Source: an uncultured Methanoregula sp.
GTDB taxonomy: Archaea; Halobacteriota; Methanomicrobia; Methanomicrobiales; Methanospirillaceae
Assembly (NCBI GenBank): GCA_964592875.1
Contig: CAZQGG010000009.1
Location: 2,514 to 66,513, forward strand
Reading direction: 5' to 3'
Length of the DNA: 64,000 nucleotides
The notes under the pieces were generated by a model, which was not told the origin of the DNA, searched no databases, and was given only the letters and a program-made list of their open reading frames with translations. The translations under genes and the position numbers were made by a program. Within the stretch, counting starts at the first letter, position 1. Each line of letters opens with the position of its first letter. Positions 18,817 through 27,794 of the stretch are shown here, in pieces.

Positions 18817-20866
18817 CCGACAGATGGTGGACTACGGCGATCCGAAACCGGGTTTATTAAGCATGCACATGAGACCTGCCGTAGTCGCGACCATGTTTCT
18901 TCTCGCTCTCCTCTTCTTCGTTATCCTGCCGGTCTCGGCAACCGTCTACATGTACAACGGGACCGAAGGAACGATCCAGGACCTGATCAACAGTACCAGC
19001 ACGGGAGATTCCATATTCCTCCCAACGGGAATCTATCACGAGAACCTCATCATCGAACATGCTATTGTCTTCGGTGCGCAGGATACGAACAACCCCCCGG
19101 CGGTCGTCACGTCCGGTAACGGTGCCGGGATCATCCTTGCAGCCGATGGGATCACGCTCAACGGGTTGAACCTCTCCGGTACTGCCAGGACCGGGCTTCT
19201 CGTACAGTCCAATAACAACCGGATCAGTGATATCACGGTGCAGGGTTTCAGCAGGGGAATCGAGCTGAATAATGCCGCAGACAATATTTTTTCAGGGAAT
19301 ACCGTTACGAACAACAGTGTGGGGGTCACCGTGGATCGCTCTTCCCGTTCCAATACCTTCTTCTTAAACCGGTTCGACAACCCGGTGAATGTGGCCGGCC
19401 AGTCCGCGGACTCCCAGTGGTCTTCATCCAGGCAGGACTACTCCTATAACGGGAGCAGTTTTACCGGACCACTTGGCAATTTCTGGAGTGCCTATACCGG
19501 GACTGACAGTGATGACAACGGGGTCGGGGACTCCGCCTACCCGGTGCTGGCGGATGCACCCGCTGCCCAATCATCCGGGACAACAGAGACGGGAGACCGG
19601 GCGCCACTCATCCGGTATCCTGTTGCGTATTCCCTGCTCGTGAAGACGACGGTAAGTCCAATGAATTCCACAGGGGGCAGGAGTATGGACAGGCCCGACA
19701 ACCTGCCTGCCCTAGGGGAAAACCTGCAACAGCAGCCCTCGTCCCAGAACCCATCCATCTCAGTGACACCCGGGGGGCAGGGACCGGTATCCAGCGGCAT
19801 TCCATCATCCATCCCGGGAAGGACAACCCCGCCCCCGGGGGGCATGTTCCTCGCCATCCTGCTTGACTTCTGGTGGGTGATTCTTATCGTGGTGATCATA
19901 TCCGTGGTTGTCGGGGTATGGTTCGAACGGAGCCGCAGAAAGGCGCAGCCTGCCACCCATATCGAATATGTGGAGGCCAGTACCACCGCCAATGCAACCG
20001 TAGTGAAGAGACCGGGGACTGGTGGACTGGCTGCCGGGGACTGGAAGGATCAATCGTATTTTGCCGCTCACCTCCCATCGGCTCTGGAGAAGAAATACCC
20101 TGACGCGGAGTATATGGGAGAGGGGGGCGTTGGCCGGGTATTCAGGGCATGGGACACGGGGGAGCAGCGCCCCGTTGCCGTGAAGATCCCGATCCGGTTT
20201 GACGAGATAACAGGTTCGCAGTTCACGAAAGAACTCCATATCTGGCAGGGGCTTCACCACAAAAATATCGTTGAGATGTATGCGGCAAATGTCTTCCCCA
20301 TGCCCTATATCGAGATGGAATATATCGAATCATCCCTTGCCGTCAAGAAATTCCCTCTCGAAACAGAGAGGGCGGTAAAGATAATAACGGGTGTTGCAGA
20401 GGGGCTCCGGTATGCCCATGAACAGGGTATTGTTCACCGGGACATCAAACCGGAGAATATCCTCATCACCGCGGAAGACCTCCCGAAGATCACGGACTGG
20501 GGGCTTGCAAAGGCACTGACGGATACAAAACAGACCGGTCTCATCAGTTTCTCACTGAATTATGCTGCACCGGAGCAGTTAGCCCCGAATATCTATGGCG
20601 AGGCCGGGAAATGGACCGACATCTACCAGCTCGGGGTCCTCTTTTACGAGATGGTGACCGGGAGACTCCCTTTCACGGGTGCCGGCATGGGGGAGATCAC
20701 GCAGGCAATCCTCCACAACACGCCGCTGCCACCGGAACCCGCCGGGAGGAATGCGGAAGCAATTACAGCGATCATTACCAAATGCCTGCAGAAGAAACCG
20801 CAGGACCGGTATACCTCCGTTGCCGACATTCTTAACGACCTCCATCACCTGAAGCCTGAAGAATAA
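18809..20866 (+). CDS. Receptor-type Hanks Ser/Thr protein kinase with extracellular NosD/CASH beta-helix domain
   Basis: Signal peptide; GIYHENLII, NNIFSGN..TNN, GNFWSAYTG.D.DDNGVGDSAY; TM WWVILIVVIISVVVGVWF; GEGGVGRV, VAVK, HRDIKPENIL, TDWGLAK, YAAPEQ, DIYQLG. Start 18809 (overlaps FHA gene) or 18863. Confidence 0.95.
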   Translation: MSDRQMVDYGDPKPGLLSMHMRPAVVATMFLLALLFFVILPVSATVYMYNGTEGTIQDLINSTSTGDSIFLPTGIYHENLIIEHAIVFGAQDTNNPPAVVTSGNGAGIILAADGITLNGLNLSGTARTGLLVQSNNNRISDITVQGFSRGIELNNAADNIFSGNTVTNNSVGVTVDRSSRSNTFFLNRFDNPVNVAGQSADSQWSSSRQDYSYNGSSFTGPLGNFWSAYTGTDSDDNGVGDSAYPVLADAPAAQSSGTTETGDRAPLIRYPVAYSLLVKTTVSPMNSTGGRSMDRPDNLPALGENLQQQPSSQNPSISVTPGGQGPVSSGIPSSIPGRTTPPPGGMFLAILLDFWWVILIVVIISVVVGVWFERSRRKAQPATHIEYVEASTTANATVVKRPGTGGLAAGDWKDQSYFAAHLPSALEKKYPDAEYMGEGGVGRVFRAWDTGEQRPVAVKIPIRFDEITGSQFTKELHIWQGLHHKNIVEMYAANVFPMPYIEMEYIESSLAVKKFPLETERAVKIITGVAEGLRYAHEQGIVHRDIKPENILITAEDLPKITDWGLAKALTDTKQTGLISFSLNYAAPEQLAPNIYGEAGKWTDIYQLGVLFYEMVTGRLPFTGAGMGEITQAILHNTPLPPEPAGRNAEAITAIITKCLQKKPQDRYTSVADILNDLHHLKPEE

Positions 20867-21004
20867 CCCGATCCACGAAAGTACCCCTCGCTGGGGGAGA
20901 TGTTCCGCCAGATTTTGTGGGGATAACCACTGATTTTTCTGAAGGGATCAGGAAATAAAAAAAGGTACTGGGAGTAGTGCCAGAATTTGTTATCAGTGTA
21001 CGGG

Positions 21005-21379
21005 TTATGTACTGCTTGGGGGGGTACCCGAGGGTTTCTCACCGGATGGTGCTGTGCCGTTACCCTGCATGCCACCCGGGGGAGTGCCCGAGGGGCGCGT
21101 ACCGTTCATCTCCATTCCCGCAGGTGGAGTGCCTGATGGCTGGGTACCGTTTGCCTGGAACCCTTCAGGATGTGTACCTGACGGTGTCACGGACTGTTCG
21201 GATGACCCGGTGGAGGCAGATGCCTGCGATGGCGTGTCCTGTGCCTGCACTGATGATGCAGGAGTCGATGCAGCAGATTGCGTGGAAGTACTTCCGGCAT
21301 CGGATGTGCAGCCGGCAACAAAAATTCCCGCAATGAGAATCACTGACGCGACTATTATGATACTGATACTTTTCTTCAT
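21005..21379 (-). CDS. Small Ser/Thr/Pro/Gly-rich lipoprotein with NGTxPSG repeats
   Basis: MKK + hydrophobic stretch + VAGC lipobox; three NGTxPSG units, each followed by a GTPP motif. Confidence 0.8.
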   Translation of the reverse strand: MKKSISIIIVASVILIAGIFVAGCTSDAGSTSTQSAASTPASSVQAQDTPSQASASTGSSEQSVTPSGTHPEGFQANGTQPSGTPPAGMEMNGTRPSGTPPGGMQGNGTAPSGEKPSGTPPSST

Positions 21380-21449
21380 GGAAAATCTCTCCTTTGATAA
21401 TGATCTCCCCGGTGAGGGGATCATCTGTCATCTGGATTGGTCACGGCCC

Positions 21450-21521
21450 ATATATATTCACCATATACAGCCAGTGAAATACTCGGCGGAGATGCGCAAT
21501 AATTGAACCAGCGGGTGTACA
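21450..21521 (-). promoter_or_regulatory. Shared promoter, copy 2
   Basis: + strand ATTGAACC at 21502-21509 and ATTCA at 21456-21460 (TGAATATATAT on - strand), offset 46 bp. Confidence 0.7.
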
Positions 21522-22294
21522 TAATCCGGCGCATTCTCCCGGGTGCCTGGATTAATAAAAAGTGCCTGCGCCGCTATCGGGGACTATCATTACCGTAAAA
21601 AAAGAGACTGACAGGAAACTGCGGATTGACCCGTTTCCTGCCGTGACATGTGCCGGGTATTGAGGGGGCGCTGTGGGCCCCACCCCGGTATTTCCGGCAC
21701 GGGATGAGATCATCAAAAACCCCGGTTGGTATGAGGGATATTGTTGTGCTGCTTTTTGCCTCATCGGGGTTTGTAGGTTGATGGATTGGATAGAATGTCC
21801 TTCTCGGGTTTTTGTACTTCTCCTGAATCCTTTTGCATCCTCATCTAGTCTGGCTGGAGACTATTATACGGGCCCATGGCATGACCATGTGTCCGGTTGC
21901 CCACAGGATACCAGTGACCTGGTGCCTTGCCCAAACCCCTCCTGTTCCAAGGGGAATGCAGATCCTGCAATGGGGTTGGCAAATCAGGTACTGCCACAGA
22001 GCAGATTACTCGATCTTTCAACCACCTCCCAGATCTGATGACTGCCCTCAAGGGTAATCATCCTGCATCACGATATCCGCCCCACCACTTATATTCGGCA
22101 CATGTACTGGGTGAAATATTGCACGATCACCGGGATACATTATACTGGCTGGTCAACATTATCACGGCAGGCCGTTTCCGTCGCAGAATTGAAGGGGGTA
22201 GATCAACCATGCTGGCATATCAGAAAAAAGATTCCGGGGATGGTTTATTATCCACGGGATTACGTGATCCGGTTTTTCGGGCAACCTTCCGGAG

Positions 22295-23530
22295 TTAGTC
22301 GCTCCTCAGCGCATCGATCGGGTCCATGTTCGATGCCTTCCATGCAGGGTAAAGCCCGGAGATCACACAGACCACCAGTCCCACGACCATTCCTGCGGGA
22401 ACGTAGATGATACTGGCCGGGAGGAAGAAGAACTCCGTGGTGCCCATCATCACATCCACGACAGAGTACCCGATGACAACGCTCATCAGTCCTCCTATCC
22501 CCGCCCCTATGATACCGAGAATGAACGCTTCGTAGAGGAACATCCGCCTCACCTCGCCGGTCTCCGTACCGATCGAGAGCAGGATACCGATCTCCTGAAT
22601 CCGCTCATTGACCGACATCATCATCACGTTGAAGATGCTGACGGCTGCAACGATCAGCGAGATCCCGCCGATCGCTAGGCAGAACAGTGTCAGGGTTTCG
22701 AGCGTTGACGAGATTGTATCAAGCTGCGAACTGGCATCGCTGATCCGGACTGCCGGTGTCTTCTCATCCGTATTGAGCTTGGCATCGATCGCCTCCTCGA
22801 TCTCCGTGATCATGTCGGTATCGTCAACGATCACGTTCACCTGATCGTAGACATCCTTACTGCCGTACTGGGCCACGTACCATTCCTTGGTGACCACGAT
22901 CCCGTTGTCGGTGCTCACGCTGTCTGCAACGGTGCCCCGCGTATCAATGATCCCGACCACCTTCACCGAAGCCCGGGATGCTGATGTGGAGCCGTCGGGA
23001 GGACCCTCTGATGCCGAACTGATCTTGATCTTGTCCCCGATCTTTACACCAAGGGATTCAGCAAGGGTATACCCGATGAGCGCTTCGTTGATACCCGCGA
23101 TATTGGTGCCGTTCCCGATGGTCAGAAACTCGGTCACATCATCCGGGTTCATCCCGTAGATCGTGCCCCGTGCCGGGACATTCCCGTACGTGAACTGCGT
23201 ACTGGACGAATAGATCGGGATCACCGTACCGTTCGTCCCCACGGCAGCTTTGATCTTGTTCAGCTGGGTCTTTTTGATGCCAGATTCTTCGGTTGAGGAT
23301 GACGATTGAGACCCGGGAGGTCCCATCCGGACGGCATCGGCAGTGATGACGATGGTGTTCGCGCTCGATGAAAGCTGGTCCTCGACCTGCAGGGACATGT
23401 TGGTCCCGAGCATCCCCATGCACGAGATGGCGACAACACCGATCACAATACCGATGGAGGCCAGGATCGAGCGCGTGAAGTTCAGTCTCACGCTCCGTAC
23501 CGAGAGCTGGAAGAAGATATCGCCAATCAT
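22295..23530 (-). CDS. ABC transporter permease (MacB/FtsX family)
   Basis: RSILASIGIVIGVVAI, MMMSVNERIQEIGILLSIG, SGLYPAWKASNMDPIDALR. Confidence 0.95.
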   Translation of the reverse strand: MIGDIFFQLSVRSVRLNFTRSILASIGIVIGVVAISCMGMLGTNMSLQVEDQLSSSANTIVITADAVRMGPPGSQSSSSTEESGIKKTQLNKIKAAVGTNGTVIPIYSSSTQFTYGNVPARGTIYGMNPDDVTEFLTIGNGTNIAGINEALIGYTLAESLGVKIGDKIKISSASEGPPDGSTSASRASVKVVGIIDTRGTVADSVSTDNGIVVTKEWYVAQYGSKDVYDQVNVIVDDTDMITEIEEAIDAKLNTDEKTPAVRISDASSQLDTISSTLETLTLFCLAIGGISLIVAAVSIFNVMMMSVNERIQEIGILLSIGTETGEVRRMFLYEAFILGIIGAGIGGLMSVVIGYSVVDVMMGTTEFFFLPASIIYVPAGMVVGLVVCVISGLYPAWKASNMDPIDALRSD

Positions 23531-24207
23531 GATTCCACGATCCTTCCGTCATCCAGATGTATCGTGCGCTGTGCATATTCTGCAACCTTCGGGTCGTGGG
23601 TGACAAGGATGACCGTCTTTCCTTCTTTTTGCAGGTTGCAGAGGATCTCCATGATCGCAAAACCAGTCTTGCGGTCAAGGTTGCCGGTCGGCTCATCGCA
23701 GAGGAGGATCTTCGGGTCGTTGACGAGAGCCCGGGCGATCGCGACCCGCTGCTGCTGGCCACCGGAGAGCTGGTTGGGACGGTGGAAGGCCATCTCCCGA
23801 TCGATTCCCACCGCATCGAGCAAGGCGGATGCCCGGCCGGTCGTATCGCGTTTCTTGTACTTCAGGATGAGCGGATACTCCACGTTCTCGTAGGCCGAGA
23901 GGAGGGGGATCAGATAGAACTTCTGGAAGATATACCCGATGGCATCGCGCCTGAGGTGTGTCCGCTCTAAATTGGTCATCTTTGCCACGTCTTTGCCATC
24001 GATATAGAGTTCCCCGGTCGTGGGGACATCGAGGATCCCCAGCTGGTTCATCATCGTTGATTTCCCGGAACCGGACGGTCCCATGATCGCAACGAAGTCG
24101 TTCTCCTTGATATCGAGAGAGACGTGGTTGAGCGCCGTGAAGTCCCCACTCTCGAGGTGGTAGGTCTTGGTGACATCCACCAGGCTGATAAGGGGGGTAT
24201 CGGTCAT
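23527..24207 (-). CDS. ABC transporter ATP-binding protein (LolD/MacB type)
   Basis: GPSGSGKST, LSGGQQQRVAIARAL, LCDEPTGNLD, VTHD; start MTDTPL. Confidence 0.96.
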   Translation of the reverse strand: MTDTPLISLVDVTKTYHLESGDFTALNHVSLDIKENDFVAIMGPSGSGKSTMMNQLGILDVPTTGELYIDGKDVAKMTNLERTHLRRDAIGYIFQKFYLIPLLSAYENVEYPLILKYKKRDTTGRASALLDAVGIDREMAFHRPNQLSGGQQQRVAIARALVNDPKILLCDEPTGNLDRKTGFAIMEILCNLQKEGKTVILVTHDPKVAEYAQRTIHLDDGRIVES

Positions 24208-24217
24208 GTTCGACCCC

Positions 24218-25549
24218 TCACTGCTTCTTGATCTTTGACATGATCCATTTCCGCTTGGTATACGCAACGGCGCCGACAATGATGAGGGCGAACATTGCGA
24301 TGACCGGGTAGAACGAACTGAGGCCACCCTTCGCGCTGGTGATGCTGGAGAGGACGCTGCTCGAAGATGACGACGATCCACCGGGTCCGCCGCTCATGTC
24401 CCCGCCGGGTCCGCCCGTACCGCTCGGGGCACCTGAGAAACTGCCGGAGGTCCTGGTGGAGCTGCCGGTCGTGCTGGCAGAAGGCATGCCCCCGGACTGG
24501 GAGTAGGTCGTCAGATCCACGGTCTTGGTCACCGAGTAGTCGGTACCGGCTGAGTCCTTCCAGTGGATGACCAGCGGGACTGAAGACAGGTCCGTGCAGG
24601 TGAAGGTGACCTCGAAACTGGACGAGTCATCGGAGGCGAGGCTGCCCACGGCATATTCCGGATAGGTACCCGTTCCCTTGGCGGGCAGACCCACCGAGAC
24701 CACAACACCGTTTGCATCCGTGACACCCGTATTGGTGATATCCCCGCTCAGGTCATAGGTAGAACCTGATGAGGTGAGTGCCATGTTATTGATGGTCGGT
24801 ACTGCGGCGTCCTTGGCATTGCCGGGGGTGATCGGCAGGTTTACTGATAATTCACGTTTGACATCCCCGTTCTGGTAGTTGATGTTGAACGTGATATTGG
24901 TCGCTTTGTGGGGTGTGACGGTGAAGGGGACCTCGGTCACACTGTTTGCCGGAATTTCACTGATGAAGGTCACCGAAGGGGTGATATCAGTGCCGCTGTC
25001 TGCGGTCGTGATATAGATACTCTTGAGTGCCCCGTCACGCGGGTTGATCAGGCTTAAGTTGACGGAGGCTGCGCTGTCAACGGTAAAGGTCTCTGGCCGT
25101 GAGGAGATGGCAGCGTGCAGGTCCTCCGAATCCACTTCGAAGGTGATCGGGTAATGGATATTCTTGCCGTCTTTTGTCTCTATGGAGAAGAGGGAGAAGT
25201 AATTGCCATCCATCCCGTTCACGGTTACATCGAATGTATAGGTGATCGAATTCGAGGACCCGAGATAGGAGAGGGTCTGCCACTTGTCCTGGTTCACGAT
25301 ACTGATCTCGTTATTGGCCGCAAGAAGATTCGGGTGGGTGACACCTACCGAGGTGTTGCCATCATTGGTCAGGGTTACACTCACTGATCCTGTCTCATAA
25401 GGATAGAATGTCTCAGGGTTCATGGTGACCGAGGATACATAGACATAGGAGGAGCCTCCATCATTCCGGTTCGTATCGGCACTGACTGGGACTACCGATA
25501 CCATCAGTACCAGCAGGATACAGCTGGTTAACAAATAGTTTAGTTTCAT
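24218..25549 (-). CDS. COG1361-like S-layer/Ig-fold secreted protein with C-terminal TM anchor
   Basis: Signal peptide, SGDITNTGVTDANGVVVS, YAVGSLASDDSSSFEVTF, Gly/Ser-rich linker, TM + KRK. Confidence 0.8.
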   Translation of the reverse strand: MKLNYLLTSCILLVLMVSVVPVSADTNRNDGGSSYVYVSSVTMNPETFYPYETGSVSVTLTNDGNTSVGVTHPNLLAANNEISIVNQDKWQTLSYLGSSNSITYTFDVTVNGMDGNYFSLFSIETKDGKNIHYPITFEVDSEDLHAAISSRPETFTVDSAASVNLSLINPRDGALKSIYITTADSGTDITPSVTFISEIPANSVTEVPFTVTPHKATNITFNINYQNGDVKRELSVNLPITPGNAKDAAVPTINNMALTSSGSTYDLSGDITNTGVTDANGVVVSVGLPAKGTGTYPEYAVGSLASDDSSSFEVTFTCTDLSSVPLVIHWKDSAGTDYSVTKTVDLTTYSQSGGMPSASTTGSSTRTSGSFSGAPSGTGGPGGDMSGGPGGSSSSSSSVLSSITSAKGGLSSFYPVIAMFALIIVGAVAYTKRKWIMSKIKKQ

Positions 25550-25642
25550 GATTTCACGTGTTCCTTTTCTCGGATGAGAGACAATGACCCGGACCGCCGG
25601 GTCTCCCTCGAAATTGTTTGGTAAACTTTACATGATGTCTCT

Positions 25643-25714
25643 CTTATATTGACATCACGGCAGGGGGCCAATTATTGTCAGAAACCGGGATTAATTGAAC
25701 CGGGTGGTTGAACA
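25643..25714 (-). promoter_or_regulatory. Shared promoter, copy 3
   Basis: + strand ATTGAACC at 25694-25701 and ATTGA at 25648-25652 (TCAATATAAG on - strand), offset 46 bp. Confidence 0.7.
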
Positions 25715-25801
25715 TATCATCCGGGCCAACACCGGGGGCGCCCGGTCAGATCGCGGGCTTTAAGCATTCACCCACGAGAACCTGAATAACGGGATTGTGC
25801 T

Positions 25802-26281
25802 ATGGCGTTTTTCTGCCAGCAGTGCGGGGAGTGCTGCAGCTCCATGGGGGATGTAATCGGCATCCGCGAACAGGCCGGCCCCGCCGAGTTTGTGATCTGG
25901 TTCAAGATCACCGGTGAGGAGCGAAGGGTCTGGATCGATCCCGACAAGCTGGGTCTCTTCTTCAACCAGGATATCCACCAGCACCGGCCCATGGCCTGCC
26001 CGTTCTTAAGAGAACGATCCACGGGTTCTGCGATCTGCACGGTCCACTACACCCGGCCCGATCTCTGCCGGCAGTATGGCTGTTTCCGGATCCTGGTGCT
26101 TGGGCCCGATGGCGCACGGCTCGGCCGGGTGGTCGAGGGCTCCCGGTATTTCACCACCATGGACCCGGGCCTCAAGGCCCTCTGGGACCGGGAGATTGGG
26201 GCGAAAGAGATCGCGGATGATCAGTGGGAAGAGTTCGTGGAGCAGGTCCTGGTGCGGGCCGGGTACCGGGTCATACGATAA
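25802..26281 (+). CDS. YkgJ-family cysteine cluster protein
   Basis: FFCQQCGECC...CPFL...CTVHYTRPDLCRQYGC. Confidence 0.88.
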   Translation: MAFFCQQCGECCSSMGDVIGIREQAGPAEFVIWFKITGEERRVWIDPDKLGLFFNQDIHQHRPMACPFLRERSTGSAICTVHYTRPDLCRQYGCFRILVLGPDGARLGRVVEGSRYFTTMDPGLKALWDREIGAKEIADDQWEEFVEQVLVRAGYRVIR

Positions 26282-26326
26282 AGAAGTGAGAAAGAAAAAC
26301 GAAACCGAAAACCGGTTCAGCGGCTT

Positions 26327-27046
26327 TTATAAAAAATTGTCCCGGTCCCGGATACGATCGAGCGCCACCCGGGCCGCTGCCTGCTGTGCCTGCCGGATGT
26401 TCTCCCCGCATCCTTCCCCGAGCACAACATCTCCGAAGAGAACCTCGTACGTAAATGCCGGCCGGTGATCGGGACCGGTACGGTTCTTCTCGCGGTATAG
26501 GGGCACCTTCATGGTTGTCTTCTGGAAATATTCCTGGAGGATGCCGATGGCATTCTCCTCCGGGTTGTACCGTCCCAGGGCTTCCCCCATGACGGTATTG
26601 ACAAAATACGCCACGTCATCGAGTCCGACCTCGCAGTACAGGGCCCCGATGAATGCCTCAAACGCCCCGCCCGTGATCCGTTCGCCATAGGTGTTCTGCT
26701 CCCCGATCACCAGAGGGATGAGGCGGGTGAACGTCTTCTCGTGCGGCTGCGTGAGGGCATCCAGCGCACGGTTCGAGACGAGGCTGGAAAGCATCCTTGT
26801 CATCTCACCCTCATTGAGTCCGCCGTTGTGCCCGGTAAAGAGCGACTGGGCAACGATCAGGTTCAGGACCCGGTCGCCCAAAAACTCGTACCGCTCCCAG
26901 TCCTCGATCGTGATGTCCCAGCGGTCCATGCCGGGGCTGCCGTAGGCTGCGTTGAAACGGGTGACAAAAGTGCTCACGATCCGGTCGATATCCGGATCGG
27001 AAGCGTGGAGGAGATCGATCAGCGACAGCCCGACGGGTCCGGTCAT
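26327..27046 (-). CDS. rnc: Ribonuclease III (bacterial type, nuclease domain + dsRBD)
   Basis: ERYEFLGDRVL signature, FEAFIGALY, dsRBD GPDHRPAFTYEV...GEGCGENIRQAQQAAARVAL. Confidence 0.88.
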   Translation of the reverse strand: MTGPVGLSLIDLLHASDPDIDRIVSTFVTRFNAAYGSPGMDRWDITIEDWERYEFLGDRVLNLIVAQSLFTGHNGGLNEGEMTRMLSSLVSNRALDALTQPHEKTFTRLIPLVIGEQNTYGERITGGAFEAFIGALYCEVGLDDVAYFVNTVMGEALGRYNPEENAIGILQEYFQKTTMKVPLYREKNRTGPDHRPAFTYEVLFGDVVLGEGCGENIRQAQQAAARVALDRIRDRDNFL

Positions 27047-27078
27047 ATAATTTCGTTCTGACGGATGTTATGATAATC

Positions 27079-27705
27079 CTATTGCTTTCGGGCCACGCGG
27101 ACCCGGCCGGTCTCGGTCTCCAGCGTAAAGCCGTGTGCCTCCAGAAACGCCCGGCTCTTACCGGTGCCGTGGAGCAGCAGTTCCACCAGGTCGTCGTCCT
27201 CATCGATATCCGTGTGGAGCCGGAACGAGTCGATCACGTCCACCGAGAGCCCTGCCTCTTTTGCGATCGCGAGGTGCTTTGAGAAACTCGCGCCATAGTA
27301 ATCAACGTGGAACTTCTTGGGATCCTTCACGAAGATCGCGTTCGTTCCGCCGCCCCGCCCGGGTACGATTGCCATATCGGAGCCGGTCGAGATGACCCGC
27401 CGGATCGCTGCGGCATCCGCCAGCGGGAGATCTGCCATGATGATGAGAATATTCTGCTCGGTTGAGGTCAGGATCTCGTTGAGGGCCCCGTTGAGATCTG
27501 CGTCCGTGACCGTGACCTGCACCAGCTCGGAGTCGAAGAGCTCGGTCCCGACAATCACCGGTGAGCAGTTCGCATCCTTCACCGCAGCAACCACATCCTC
27601 CAGCATTGCAAACGCAAACGCTTCCCGCTCTTCCTGCGAGAGGATCGCGGAGAGCCGGGTCTTCGGGTTCTTGGGCTTATAGGGGATCAGCGCGTGAGGA
27701 CACAT
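27079..27705 (-). CDS. cofC: 2-phospho-L-lactate/PEP guanylyltransferase
   Basis: PYKPKNPKTRLS, MLEDV, IMADLPL, PGRGGGTNA, DIDEDDDL. Confidence 0.93.
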   Translation of the reverse strand: MCPHALIPYKPKNPKTRLSAILSQEEREAFAFAMLEDVVAAVKDANCSPVIVGTELFDSELVQVTVTDADLNGALNEILTSTEQNILIIMADLPLADAAAIRRVISTGSDMAIVPGRGGGTNAIFVKDPKKFHVDYYGASFSKHLAIAKEAGLSVDVIDSFRLHTDIDEDDDLVELLLHGTGKSRAFLEAHGFTLETETGRVRVARKQ

Positions 27706-27794
27706 TTCACTAGTTTCTGTGCGGGGCGACAAAAAAAGGTGCTGATGTGGATTTATACCGGATTTATCAGGCCGGCCGTACTACATTCCTGAAT

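Noticed and set aside
21673-22410. ORFs 21673..22038, 21927..22298 and 22102..22410 as genes
   Set aside because: No recognisable motifs, mutually overlapping frames, and no clear translation signals.
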